Counted from the stretch's first letter, positions 18,084 through 27,657 are shown. The stretch is 64,000 nt of DNA from Opitutales bacterium (GCA_050331595.1 JBHJGQ010000017.1:98415-162414); one strand, 5' to 3'. Notes: generated by a model not told the origin, from the sequence alone. Numbers and translations are program-made.

Positions 18084-18959
18084 CTAGGCTTCTGCCTGCT
18101 CCGTTTGGGCAGTAAAGCCGAGCAGGGTGATGCCGGCGGCCTTGGCTGCGTCGAGGACCTGGGGCCGGTCAAGCACGATGACCTGTTCGGCGTGCAGAGC
18201 GGCGGCGTGCAGGCCCGCGCGTTGCATGGCTTCGAGCGTGCGCAGGCCGAAGACGGGCACATCGAAGCGGTAATCCTGGCGTGGCTTGACCGTCTTGACA
18301 AAGAGCGCATCGCGCGCGCCAAAAGTACCGGCGCGCTCCAGCATGACGTCGGTGCCTTCAAAACCCTCGACCGCCAGCACGGTACCGCGCGCGACAACAA
18401 CGCCCTGACCGATGTCGAGCCGCGCGCAATCGCGGGCGATCTGCTGGCCAAAGGCGAGGGATTCGGCATCCGGCATGCGCTTGCCTTTGACCATGAAGCC
18501 TGGGCTGGCCAGGTGGGCATCGAGACCGGCGCGGGCGTCCAGCATCGCGATGCCGCGTTTTTGGATTTCGGCAGCCAGCGCGCCAAAGATGGTCTCGGCG
18601 TTGCGCTGCTTGAGCGCGGCGAGCATACGGATAGCCTTCAGGTCGGGGTGCAGGCCCTTGAAGAGGCGTCGCGGGGTGATCTGGCCCGCCATCACGGCGT
18701 AGCCGGCACCGAGTTTTTTTAAGGCTTTGAGCATGTGCCCGACCTGCCCGACCTTGATGCGGATGCGTTCGCCATCGGGGAAGGTGTTCCAGAGGGCCTC
18801 CTCGGTCTCGCCTTCGAAGGCGACCAGCCGCGTAGGGATGCCGGCGGCGCTCAGTTGCGCGTGCAACAGGATGGGGTATCGACGCTGGCCGGCGATGATC
18901 GCCACGGGCCGGGCGGGATCGAAGTCCGGGGGCAGAAACCGCGACGGCAAGCTGGGCAT
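18084..18959 (-). CDS. lpxI: UDP-2,3-diacylglucosamine diphosphatase LpxI
   Basis: 291 aa. DUF1009/LpxI pattern: VAIIAGQRRYPILL ... VMAGQITPRRLF ... DIGQGVVVARGTVLAVEGFEGTDVMLERAG. Confidence 0.85.
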   Translation of the reverse strand: MPSLPSRFLPPDFDPARPVAIIAGQRRYPILLHAQLSAAGIPTRLVAFEGETEEALWNTFPDGERIRIKVGQVGHMLKALKKLGAGYAVMAGQITPRRLFKGLHPDLKAIRMLAALKQRNAETIFGALAAEIQKRGIAMLDARAGLDAHLASPGFMVKGKRMPDAESLAFGQQIARDCARLDIGQGVVVARGTVLAVEGFEGTDVMLERAGTFGARDALFVKTVKPRQDYRFDVPVFGLRTLEAMQRAGLHAAALHAEQVIVLDRPQVLDAAKAAGITLLGFTAQTEQAEA

Positions 18960-18967
18960 TGGGCAAC

Positions 18968-19774
18968 CTACTCCTTGGCGTCGAAAAAGTCCGCGGGCAG
19001 CACGACACGCGGCAGGGGCTGCCAGTTTGCGCCCGTGCCTTCGGTGAAAAACACCACCCGGCGGGCGGAGCGCTGCGCCATCAACAGCGGTGCGGCAATC
19101 GCGTCGAGCTCCTGTTCGCTGTAGCGTTCGATACGGTAGCCGCTGGGGTCATCCAGGTCGGTTTGCAGCCGCTGCCCGGTGAGCACAGTGGTGCCGGAAG
19201 CCGAGCCGACGGGCACGTAGCGTGCGTTGCCTGTGATGACGTAGGCCTGCAGCGTCGTCGGGCCGTTGGATTCGATGACCAGGTGGCGGACATCGGCGGT
19301 GAAGCTGCCGTCGGGGGTGGCGATCTCGATGGCCGAAAAGGGGCGCTTGCCGCGTTCACGGTGCACCAGCGCGAAGCGCCCGTGTTGCAGTTCGAGCTTC
19401 AGGCGCGAGGGCGTGGGCTCGACGATGCGGTCTTCGGGCGAAGGCTCGAAGGGTTCTTGCACGAGTTCCTTCAGGGTGAAGCGCGCGCCGGGCCCGGCAT
19501 GCAGCGACATCCCGTTAGAAAAGACAAAAGTGGCGAAGGTGCCGGGTTCGTCGATCAGCGAAAAGCGCACCCGCGCGTCGCGAAAGGTGGCGTGTTTGAG
19601 GATGGGCGCGGGCGTGCCGTCGTTCTCGGCGGCCAGCAGGGTGCCGCGCACACTCTCCACGAAAACGACGCCCGGGCGCATTTGCGCCGCCGCCAGCGCG
19701 GAGACCCGCAGAAGCGAGCTCAGCACGATCAGCCCGAGCAGGGCAGTGCGAAGGCATGTCATGGTGTGACCCAT
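18968..19774 (-). CDS. secreted hypothetical protein (FecR-like fold possible)
   Basis: About 268 aa from ATG 19774 (alternative 19762). Signal peptide MTCLRTALLGLIVLSSLLRVSALAAA. Lies between leuS and lpxI on the same strand. The FecR resemblance (ATFVFSNGMSLHAGPGARFTL) is weak. Confidence 0.55.
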   Translation of the reverse strand: MGHTMTCLRTALLGLIVLSSLLRVSALAAAQMRPGVVFVESVRGTLLAAENDGTPAPILKHATFRDARVRFSLIDEPGTFATFVFSNGMSLHAGPGARFTLKELVQEPFEPSPEDRIVEPTPSRLKLELQHGRFALVHRERGKRPFSAIEIATPDGSFTADVRHLVIESNGPTTLQAYVITGNARYVPVGSASGTTVLTGQRLQTDLDDPSGYRIERYSEQELDAIAAPLLMAQRSARRVVFFTEGTGANWQPLPRVVLPADFFDAKE

Positions 19775-19790
19775 CGGCAGCTTGCGCGCA

Positions 19791-22373
19791 TCACTTGACC
19801 ACCAGGTTGAGGATGCGGCCCGGGACGTAGATGGTTTTGACAATCTGCTTGCCCTCCAGTTGGCCGGCCACCTTCTCGTCGGCGCGGGCGCAGGCCACGG
19901 CGGTCTCCTGGTCGGCGTCGGCGGGAATCTCGGCGTGCCCGCGCGTCTTTCCGTTGATCTGGAAGATGAGTTTGACGGTGTCTTCCTTGAGGAAGCGTTC
20001 GTCGGCCTCGGGCCAGGACGCGGTCAGGATGGAGGGCGCGTTGCCGGTGCGTTCCCAGATTTCTTCGGCAATGTGCGGGGCCAGCGGCGCGAGCAATTGC
20101 AGGAAGGCACGCCCGGTGGCCGGGGTGAAGGTGTCGGCTTTACCCAGCGCGTTGACGAGGATCATCAGCTGGGAGACGACGGTGTTGAAGCTGAGCGCGG
20201 CGTAGTCCTCGGTGACCTTGCGGATGGTTTTGTGCAACTGGCGGGTGAGGGCGGCAGGCTCGTTGGCGGCATCGGTACACTTTGGGTTGGGCTGCCCATC
20301 TTCACCGATGAACTCGCGCCAGACCTTGCGCAGGAAGCGCGCCACGCCCTCGATGCCCTGGGTGTTCCAGGGTTTGCTGGCCTCCAGTGGGCCCAGGAAC
20401 ATCAGGTACAAACGCAACGCGTCGGTGCCGTGCTGCGCGCTGACGTCGTCGGGATTGACGACGTTGCCGACCGACTTGGCCATCTTCTCGCCGCTCTCGG
20501 CCAGAATCATGCCCTGGTGGAAGAGGTGGGGGTAGGGCTCGGGCGTGTGGACCGCGCCGCACTCGTAGAGCACGCGGTGCCAGAAGCGCGCGTAGAGCAG
20601 GTGCAGCACGGCGTGTTCGGTGCCGCCGATGTACAGGTCGGGCGCCTGCCAGTAGGTGTCAGCGTCCTCGCCCACGAGGGCTTCGGCGTTGCCCGGGTCC
20701 ATGTAGCGCAGGTGGTACCAGCACGAGCCGGCCCACTGGGGCATGGTGTTGGTCTCGCGGGTGGCCGGCACCCAGACGCCTGTCGACGGCGTTGGTGCAT
20801 CCGCTGGGAGGGATTTGCCCGTGCTCAGATCGAACTGCACGTGCAGCCAATCTTCGGCGCGGGCCAGGGGACTTTCACCGGTGCCGGCGGGCTCATAGGA
20901 GGCCATCTGCGGCAGGGTCAGGGGAAGTTCGTCCTCTGGCAGGGGAATCGCGTAGCGCGTCTGGCCCTCAGCGGTGAATTGAACAGGTTGCTCCGGCAAG
21001 AGTGCGTGCAAGGGTGATTCGGGCAACGCCTGGAGCTTTGCAAAAGCGTCCGCATCGACCCAGACAACCGGGAACGGCTCGCCCCAGTAGCGCTGGCGGG
21101 AAAAGAGCCAGGCGCGCAACTTGTAATTGATGGTGGCTTGGCCCTTGCGGTCGGCGGCCAGTTGGGCGGTGATCCGCAGCTTGGCCTCGGTGGAGGGCAG
21201 ACCGTCGTACGGCCCGGAGTGGACCATCACGCCCGTACCGGCAAAGGGCAGGGCGGTTTCGGGGTCGTCCGGTTTTTGGATAACCTGGGTGATCGGCAGG
21301 CCGAAAGTCTGGGCAAACTCGAAGTCACGCTCATCGTGCGCGGGTACGGCCATAATCGCGCCGGTGCCATAGGACATGAGCACGTAGTCGGCGACCCAGA
21401 TGGGAATGCGCGCGTGGTTCACCGGGTTGATGGCGAAGCTGCCGGTGGCCACGCCGGTTTTTTCCTTGGCCAGGTCGGTGCGGTCGAGGTCGGACTTGCT
21501 GGCCGAGCGCTTCACATACGTTTGCACCGCCTCGGCGTTTTCCGACGTGGTCAGCTGCGCAACGAGCGGGTGTTCCGGCGCGAGGACCATGTAGGTCGCG
21601 CCAAAGAGCGTGTCGGGCCGGGTGGTGAAGACGGTCAGCGTGCCCGGATGACCTTCGATGTCGAACACCACTTCCGCCCCCTCGCTGCGGCCAATCCAGT
21701 TGCGCTGAAGCGTTTTGGTCGACTCGGGCCAGTCCAGAGCGTCGAGGCCTTCGAGCAGTTTCTCGGCGTAGGCGGTGATGCGCAGGACCCACTGACGGAG
21801 CGCGCGACGTTCGACGGGGTGCTTGCCCACCTCGGACACGCCGTCGACGACTTCCTCATTGGCCAGGACTGTCCCCAGTGCCGGGCAGTACCACACCGGG
21901 CGTTCGTCGACGTAGGCCAGACCTTTTTTGAAGAGCTGGAGGAAGATCCACTGCGTCCAGCGGAAGTACTGCGGGTCGGTCGTGTTGACCTCGCGCTGCC
22001 AGTCGTAGGCTGAGCCGAGCCCGATCAGCTGCTGGCGGAAACGCTCGACGTTGACCCGGGTGGCTTCCGCCGGGTGGATGCCGGTTTTGACGGCATATTG
22101 CTCGGTGGGCAGGCCAAAGGCGTCCCAGCCGATGGGGTGCAGCACGTTGAAACCCTGGGCGCGCTTGAAGCGGGCGTAGGCGTCGGTGGGGATATAGACT
22201 GCCGGATGGCCCATGTGCAGGCCGGCCCCCGAGGGGTAGGGGAACATGCCGAGCACGTAATACTTGGGGCGCGACGGATCGATTTCAGCGCGTTGAATCT
22301 GCCGCTGCAGCCAGAAGGATTGCCAATGCGGCTCGATCTGGGAAAAGTCGTACTCCGTGCAGTCAGTGGCCAT
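19791..22373 (-). CDS. leuS: leucyl-tRNA synthetase
   Basis: 860 aa from ATG 22373 (MATDCTEYDFSQIEPHWQSFW). HIGH-type motif (PYPSGAGLHMGHP) and KMSKS-type motif (KMAKSVGN). The upstream ORF extension to 22580 is spurious. Confidence 0.95.
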   Translation of the reverse strand: MATDCTEYDFSQIEPHWQSFWLQRQIQRAEIDPSRPKYYVLGMFPYPSGAGLHMGHPAVYIPTDAYARFKRAQGFNVLHPIGWDAFGLPTEQYAVKTGIHPAEATRVNVERFRQQLIGLGSAYDWQREVNTTDPQYFRWTQWIFLQLFKKGLAYVDERPVWYCPALGTVLANEEVVDGVSEVGKHPVERRALRQWVLRITAYAEKLLEGLDALDWPESTKTLQRNWIGRSEGAEVVFDIEGHPGTLTVFTTRPDTLFGATYMVLAPEHPLVAQLTTSENAEAVQTYVKRSASKSDLDRTDLAKEKTGVATGSFAINPVNHARIPIWVADYVLMSYGTGAIMAVPAHDERDFEFAQTFGLPITQVIQKPDDPETALPFAGTGVMVHSGPYDGLPSTEAKLRITAQLAADRKGQATINYKLRAWLFSRQRYWGEPFPVVWVDADAFAKLQALPESPLHALLPEQPVQFTAEGQTRYAIPLPEDELPLTLPQMASYEPAGTGESPLARAEDWLHVQFDLSTGKSLPADAPTPSTGVWVPATRETNTMPQWAGSCWYHLRYMDPGNAEALVGEDADTYWQAPDLYIGGTEHAVLHLLYARFWHRVLYECGAVHTPEPYPHLFHQGMILAESGEKMAKSVGNVVNPDDVSAQHGTDALRLYLMFLGPLEASKPWNTQGIEGVARFLRKVWREFIGEDGQPNPKCTDAANEPAALTRQLHKTIRKVTEDYAALSFNTVVSQLMILVNALGKADTFTPATGRAFLQLLAPLAPHIAEEIWERTGNAPSILTASWPEADERFLKEDTVKLIFQINGKTRGHAEIPADADQETAVACARADEKVAGQLEGKQIVKTIYVPGRILNLVVK

Positions 22374-23790
22374 TGAGAAAAACTCGGGAGCTTTCAGGTG
22401 GGGACGCGGAGGGTCAATCCTTCTCCTTACGCTGGGCCTGCTCCTCATCGGGCTTGGAAGCGGTTGCGAAACCACTGAAAGTGCGGCGGGAGGCGTGCGC
22501 GACACCCAGGGGCGTACCGGCGCGCGGGGTTTTGACAACCTGCGCGACTCGGTCGTGCGTCTGGACGTGTGGGAGGCCACCTACGACACCGGGGCGATGC
22601 GCTTGAGCCGCGGGGTCGGTTCGGGCGTCATCATGAGTCCGGAGGGCTACATCCTGACCAACGCCCACGTCGTCAACCCGTATGCCGAGCGTATCCGCAT
22701 CACCCTGGCCAACCTCGAGGTGGTGCCGGCCACCTTTATCGGCTGGGACCACTGGACCGACCTGGCCGTGGTGCAGCTGGACCGGGATGAACTGCGCCGG
22801 CGCAACCTCAAGTTCAGCCACGCGCGTTTTGGTGACTCCAGCGAGTTGGCTCCGGGCAAGGCGGTCTTCGCGGTCGGCACGCCCAATGGGCTCACCCGCA
22901 CGATCACGCGCGGCATCCTGTCCAACACCGAGCGATTTTTTGAAGGCCGCAACATTGGCCGCGGCTACGAGACCGGCAACTACAACACCTGGCTGCAAAC
23001 CGACGCGGCGATCAACCCCGGCAACAGTGGCGGGCCCTTGGTCACGGGCGAGGGCCGCGTCATCGGGATCAACACGCGGGCCTATCTGGGGGCGAACAAC
23101 TTGGGCTTCGCCGTCCCCTCCAACGTGGCCCAGCGCGTCTTCAACGACCTGATCGCTGGCGGCCGGGTCGAGCGCAGTTACATCGGGATCAGCCTGGGGG
23201 CCTTGCGGGATCTGGAGAGCTATTTCGGCGGCGAAATCACGCAGGGGGCGGTCATTCAGGGGCTCGACGCGGAGTCACCCGGCGATCGCGCCGGATTGCT
23301 GCCCGGCGATCTCTTACTGGCGATGGACGGCGAGCCCGTCGACGGGCGCTTTCCCGAGCAACTGCCCGCCATCATGCAGCGGATTGCCTCCAAGCCCGTC
23401 GGCAGCGAGTTGACCGTGGAGATCCTGCGCTCGGGCCGGCGACGCATTGTGCGCATGCCCACCGAATCCCTCGAAAGCCGCCTGGGCACGGAGACCGCCT
23501 TTGCCGAATGGGGGCTGGCCGTGCGCGAACTCTCAACCGTAGCCCTGCGCGAGAAACGCCTGGATGCCGGCTATGGCGTGGAGGTGATCGGCGTGCAGCG
23601 GGCCTTTCCGGCGGCCCGAGCCAACCTCTCCACTGGCGACATCATCACTGCCGTCAACCGGCAACCGCTCAACGACCTGGAGATGCTGGGCAAGTGGCAC
23701 GCGGCCTTTGCCCAGGAGCCGCGCCGCATGCTCTTTGAGGTCACCCGCAACGGCCAGGTCCAGTTGCTGGTGCTGCGTCCGGGGTCCTGA
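22357..23790 (+). CDS. HtrA/DegP-family serine protease with two PDZ domains (lipoprotein-like signal)
   Basis: 477 aa with GTG start (22357 or 22366). Lipobox-like LIGLGSGC. Catalytic His (ILTNAHVV), Asp (TDLAVVQL), Ser (GNSGGPLV). Two PDZ-like segments. Confidence 0.9.
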   Translation: MQSVAIEKNSGAFRWGRGGSILLLTLGLLLIGLGSGCETTESAAGGVRDTQGRTGARGFDNLRDSVVRLDVWEATYDTGAMRLSRGVGSGVIMSPEGYILTNAHVVNPYAERIRITLANLEVVPATFIGWDHWTDLAVVQLDRDELRRRNLKFSHARFGDSSELAPGKAVFAVGTPNGLTRTITRGILSNTERFFEGRNIGRGYETGNYNTWLQTDAAINPGNSGGPLVTGEGRVIGINTRAYLGANNLGFAVPSNVAQRVFNDLIAGGRVERSYIGISLGALRDLESYFGGEITQGAVIQGLDAESPGDRAGLLPGDLLLAMDGEPVDGRFPEQLPAIMQRIASKPVGSELTVEILRSGRRRIVRMPTESLESRLGTETAFAEWGLAVRELSTVALREKRLDAGYGVEVIGVQRAFPAARANLSTGDIITAVNRQPLNDLEMLGKWHAAFAQEPRRMLFEVTRNGQVQLLVLRPGS

Positions 23791-23844
23791 GTGCGGGCCC
23801 GACGGGACTTGCGTGGACCCTATCCCCTGGCCGAGGGTCTGTGG

Positions 23845-25275
23845 ATGGCGATGGCAGCATTGATTTTTACAAAGCGGTTCAGGAGTGCAGCGGCGACGAC
23901 GGCCCTGCTGCTGGTTTCGGCGGTTTTCGCCTGGGGCCAACAGGGTGCGAGCCTGCCGCGGGCGTTTGAGGAACTTTTTCTGGAGCGCACCCGCAGCGTG
24001 GTGGCCGTGGAGTTCGTGGTGGAACTGGAAATCGAGCGCGCGCCGATCACGCGGGTTGGCCTGGTGCTCGACGAGGCCGGCCATATCATCCTGCAGGACG
24101 AAGCCATTCCTGATTGGCTGCCGGTCGAAAACGTGCGCGAGATCCGCGTGCATGCTCTGGGCACCGACACCGATGGCCTCGAGGCCGAGTTTCTGGGCCC
24201 CCACCCGGTCTCCGGCTGGAACTACCTCAAGCTCACCAACGGGCTGCCGGAGTTCTTCACGCCGATTTTAAGTTACCCGACCGCTCGACCCTACCTGGGC
24301 GAGCAACTGTGGGGCGTGGGCATCCGGCCCAAGGAGTTTCGCTTCCGGCCGTACCTGCTCACCGGCTTGTTCAGCGAATGGCAGAAGCTGCCCTGGGAGG
24401 TGGGTCTGACCGCTTCCAACATCGCCATCCCGGGCGCCGCCGTCTTCAACCTGCGGGGCGAGTTCATCGGCTGGGCGGGCGACCCCCCGTCGATGCCCTT
24501 CCGCATCGAGTTCAACGGGCAGGAACAGAAGGTGTCGCTGAAGTCGACGCTGGAGGGCTTCACCTTTCTTTCCGCCGAGGAGTTTCACCAATACGCGCCC
24601 ATTGAGGACCCCGCCGAACTGCAGAAAGATCGCCCGTACACCGGCATTGTCGGCACACAGCCGCTCAGCCGCGAGGTGGCGAAGTTTCTCGGCCTTGAAG
24701 AGCAGGGCGCGCTGGTCATGAGCGATGTCTTCGAAAACGGCCCGGCGGATAAAGCCGGCTTGAAGGGCCGCGACATTATCGTTGGCCTCGACGGTGAACG
24801 TCTGCCCAAGTTCAGCCCCGACAACGTCAACGTGCGCGACTTGACCATCCGCATCGCTCAGCGTGACGTGGGCGAAACGGTCAATCTGACCATCCGCCGC
24901 GGCGAGGCGGAGATGGACGTACCCCTGGTGCTGGAGCCTACGCCCTTGCAACGCCGCGACGCCCAGCGCCAGTATTACGAGGAGGCCGGGTTCACCATCC
25001 GCGAATTCACCGCCGAGGACGCCGTCAACCTGCGCGAATACTCGCTGGATTTTCGCGGCGTGATCGTGCGATTTGTCCGTCCAAACAGCCCGGCGGCCAA
25101 CGTCGGCCTGCGCCCGGGCGACTGGATTCAGCGCATCGACGACCAGGAGGTGGAAGACTTCGCGCACGCCGTGAAGCGCTTCGAGCGCGCCCTGGCCCGT
25201 AGCGCCAAGGACGAGGTGGTCCTGCTGGTCAAGCGCCAGAGCGAAACCAAGGTCATCTCGGTTAAAATGAAATGA
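23845..25275 (+). CDS. HtrA-like pseudoprotease with two PDZ domains (catalytic Ser lost)
   Basis: About 476 aa from ATG 23845; the ORF is open from GTG 23791, directly after the htrA stop. Signal peptide present. The protease-fold region has IAIPGAAVFNLRGEFIG where GNSGGPL is expected, and no TNxHV motif. Two clear PDZ segments (NGPADKAGLKGRDIIVGLDG; NSPAANVGLRPGDWIQRIDD). Confidence 0.7.
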   Translation: MAMAALIFTKRFRSAAATTALLLVSAVFAWGQQGASLPRAFEELFLERTRSVVAVEFVVELEIERAPITRVGLVLDEAGHIILQDEAIPDWLPVENVREIRVHALGTDTDGLEAEFLGPHPVSGWNYLKLTNGLPEFFTPILSYPTARPYLGEQLWGVGIRPKEFRFRPYLLTGLFSEWQKLPWEVGLTASNIAIPGAAVFNLRGEFIGWAGDPPSMPFRIEFNGQEQKVSLKSTLEGFTFLSAEEFHQYAPIEDPAELQKDRPYTGIVGTQPLSREVAKFLGLEEQGALVMSDVFENGPADKAGLKGRDIIVGLDGERLPKFSPDNVNVRDLTIRIAQRDVGETVNLTIRRGEAEMDVPLVLEPTPLQRRDAQRQYYEEAGFTIREFTAEDAVNLREYSLDFRGVIVRFVRPNSPAANVGLRPGDWIQRIDDQEVEDFAHAVKRFERALARSAKDEVVLLVKRQSETKVISVKMK

Positions 25276-25390
25276 ACCGCGCGCTGCGGGTTCATTTGCG
25301 TCCACGGTCGATGGTCCATGGGCACGACGCCCGGCAGACTTCTCTAGCTGACGCTGGACATCGGACATTTGACCGTGGACTATCCTGAAA

Positions 25391-26017
25391 ATGTTCACCG
25401 GGATCGTAGAGGAGGCGGGCGAGGTTGTCCGGTTTGAGGAAGCCCAGGCGGCCTATGTGCTGGAAGTGCGGGCGCGGACCGTTACGGCCGATCTGGCCAT
25501 TGGCGATTCCTTGGCGGTCAACGGCTGCTGCCTGACCGTCATCGAGTTGGGGGCGGAGTCGGTGCGGTTCGATCTGCTGGAGGAAACCGTCCGCCTGACC
25601 AACTTTCAGGCGCTGGGAGCGGGTTCACTGGTCAATCTCGAACGCAGCCTGGCGGCCAACGCACGGCTGGGCGGGCACTTCGTCAGCGGTCACGTCGACG
25701 CACTGGCGCGAATCAGTCATTTTGAAACGCGCGGCAAAAACGTCTACCTGCGCTGCGAGCCGCCGGAGTCATTCCTGCGATGGGTCATTTACAAGGGCAG
25801 CGTGGCGCTGGACGGCATCTCGCTGACGGTGGCCGAGGTCGACGCGAGCGGCCTGGCCGTCTGGCTCATTCCGCACACGCTCGAAGTGACCAACCTCCAG
25901 CAGAGGAAGCCCGGCGACGCCCTCAACATCGAGTTCGACCTGTTGGCCAAGTACGTTGAGAAAATCGGCCTGACCCAGCGCGATGAGGCCCCCTACAGCC
26001 GCCTGCCCGAGGGATGA
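25391..26017 (+). CDS. ribE: riboflavin synthase alpha chain
   Basis: 208 aa. MFTGIVEE ... GDSLAVNGCCLTV ... GSVALDGISLTV duplicated lumazine-binding repeats. Confidence 0.93.
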   Translation: MFTGIVEEAGEVVRFEEAQAAYVLEVRARTVTADLAIGDSLAVNGCCLTVIELGAESVRFDLLEETVRLTNFQALGAGSLVNLERSLAANARLGGHFVSGHVDALARISHFETRGKNVYLRCEPPESFLRWVIYKGSVALDGISLTVAEVDASGLAVWLIPHTLEVTNLQQRKPGDALNIEFDLLAKYVEKIGLTQRDEAPYSRLPEG

Positions 26018-27036
26018 CGATGGCCGCCGACCCCGAGTTGCTCAGCGAAGTGGCCGCGGAATTGCAGCGGCTCAAACTGGAGGGAGTTAAAGGTGTTTAC
26101 CTGGACGACGCGACCTGGCAGTGGCTGGATCGGGCGACCGCGACGGCGCCGACCAAGCCCAACGCCTCTGCCGAGTCGGAGTCAGCCGAGGTTGCCTTGG
26201 CAAACGCCCAGCCGTCCGCGCAACCTACGGGCAAGCAGCCCGAGAGCGGTTCGCTGTTGCTGGATTACCTGGAGCAGGAAACGGCGGGTTCCACGGCCAA
26301 GGCACCGCCCCAAAAACGCGCCCGCAAAACCGCGGCCAAGACCTCGTCCTCAGCGAAAGGACTGCCCGAAGGCGTTGCGCCCATTCCCGAGCCGACACCC
26401 TTTGAATTGCCCGAAGGCGATAAGCCGACGCGCTGGAACTGGCTGCGCGAGCGCGTACTGAGCGACCCGGTCTGCAACGAACACAAGAAGCCACACTGCC
26501 AGGTCGTTTTTGGCGTGGGCAACCTCGATGCGGAGATCTTTTTCTGCGGCGAGGCACCCGGCCAGGACGAGGAGGAGCAGGGCGAACCTTTCGTCGGACC
26601 GGCCGGGCAGTTGCTCAACAAGATCCTCTCGGCAATGAAACTGGCTCGCGAGGACGTCTACATCGGCAACATTCTCAACTGGCGTCCGGAAACGGGCAAA
26701 GCTTTCGGCAACCGCCCGCCGACCTCCGTGGAGATGGCCTACTGTCTGCCGTACCTGCGCGCCCAACTGGCCATCGTGCAGCCCAAGCTCATTGTCGCGC
26801 TGGGCAACACGGCCGTCACCGGGCTCCTCGGCGAGGATCCTGCCCGCACCATGGGGCGCATCCGCGGGCAGGTGCTGGACTTCGAGGGTACGGCACTGGT
26901 CCCGACGTACCACCCGAGCTACCTGCTGCGCAATCAGGCCCACAGCGAGAAGCGCAAGGTTTGGGAGGATATGCTCGTCGTCATGAAGCACGTTGGCCTG
27001 CCCATCAGCGAGAAGCAGCGGAATTTCTTCCGTTGA
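26014..27036 (+). CDS. family-4 uracil-DNA glycosylase with long N-terminal extension
   Basis: 340 aa. Start ATG overlaps the ribE stop (ATGA). UDG-4 core from about residue 165: IFFCGEAPGQDEEEQGEPFVGPAGQLL ... HPSYLLRN. Confidence 0.85.
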   Translation: MTMAADPELLSEVAAELQRLKLEGVKGVYLDDATWQWLDRATATAPTKPNASAESESAEVALANAQPSAQPTGKQPESGSLLLDYLEQETAGSTAKAPPQKRARKTAAKTSSSAKGLPEGVAPIPEPTPFELPEGDKPTRWNWLRERVLSDPVCNEHKKPHCQVVFGVGNLDAEIFFCGEAPGQDEEEQGEPFVGPAGQLLNKILSAMKLAREDVYIGNILNWRPETGKAFGNRPPTSVEMAYCLPYLRAQLAIVQPKLIVALGNTAVTGLLGEDPARTMGRIRGQVLDFEGTALVPTYHPSYLLRNQAHSEKRKVWEDMLVVMKHVGLPISEKQRNFFR

Positions 27037-27174
27037 AGCGGAAGGGTCCACGGTCGCTGGTCCAGAGTCGTTGGTCGATTTGAAGGAAGCTTTTTCTGCG
27101 ATCCAACCAACGACTATGGACCCCCTCACCAAAGACCATGGACAAAGGACCATGGAGCTGCGACGCTCCCTGCC

Positions 27175-27657
27175 ATGAGTGACGTCTTGAAGCTGCTGAT
27201 GGAGGGCGAGGCGCTGACCACCGGGCAAATGGGCCAGGTCTTGGGCCTGTCCGAAACGCAGGTGCAGGCCGAATTGGCCAAGCTCAAGGACGAGCGTATC
27301 CTGCTGGGCTGGCGCCCCATTCTCAATCCCGACCACCAGCCCGAGGAGCGCGTGCGCGCGGTCATCGAGCTGCGCATCCGCCCCGAACGCGAGGGGGGCT
27401 TCGACCGCATCGCCGAGCGCATCAGCCGCTTCGACCGCGTGGAAAGCTGCTACCTGATGAGCGGTGCCTACGATCTGCTGGTCGTCGTCAACGCCGACAA
27501 CCTGCGCCGGGTGGCCTCGTTTGTCTTTGAGAAGCTGGCGACGATCGAAGGCGTCGAAGCCACCGCCACGCACTTCATGCTGCGCGCCTACAAGGAACAG
27601 GGCCACCTCCTGCAAGCCGGCCAAAACGCTGAGGGCATGCCCGCGGTCAGCCCGTAG
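27175..27657 (+). CDS. Lrp/AsnC-family transcriptional regulator
   Basis: 160 aa. N-terminal wHTH (LTTGQMGQVLGLSETQVQAELAKL) and a C-terminal RAM/AsnC_trans_reg-like domain (VRAVIELRI ... VESCYLMSGAYDLLVVV). Confidence 0.8.
   Translation: MSDVLKLLMEGEALTTGQMGQVLGLSETQVQAELAKLKDERILLGWRPILNPDHQPEERVRAVIELRIRPEREGGFDRIAERISRFDRVESCYLMSGAYDLLVVVNADNLRRVASFVFEKLATIEGVEATATHFMLRAYKEQGHLLQAGQNAEGMPAVSP

Noticed and set aside
25276-25390. Possible FMN riboswitch upstream of ribE
   Set aside because: The spacer is only 115 nt and lacks the conserved RFN elements. It contains only a weak, bulged hairpin overlapping the upstream stop codon.
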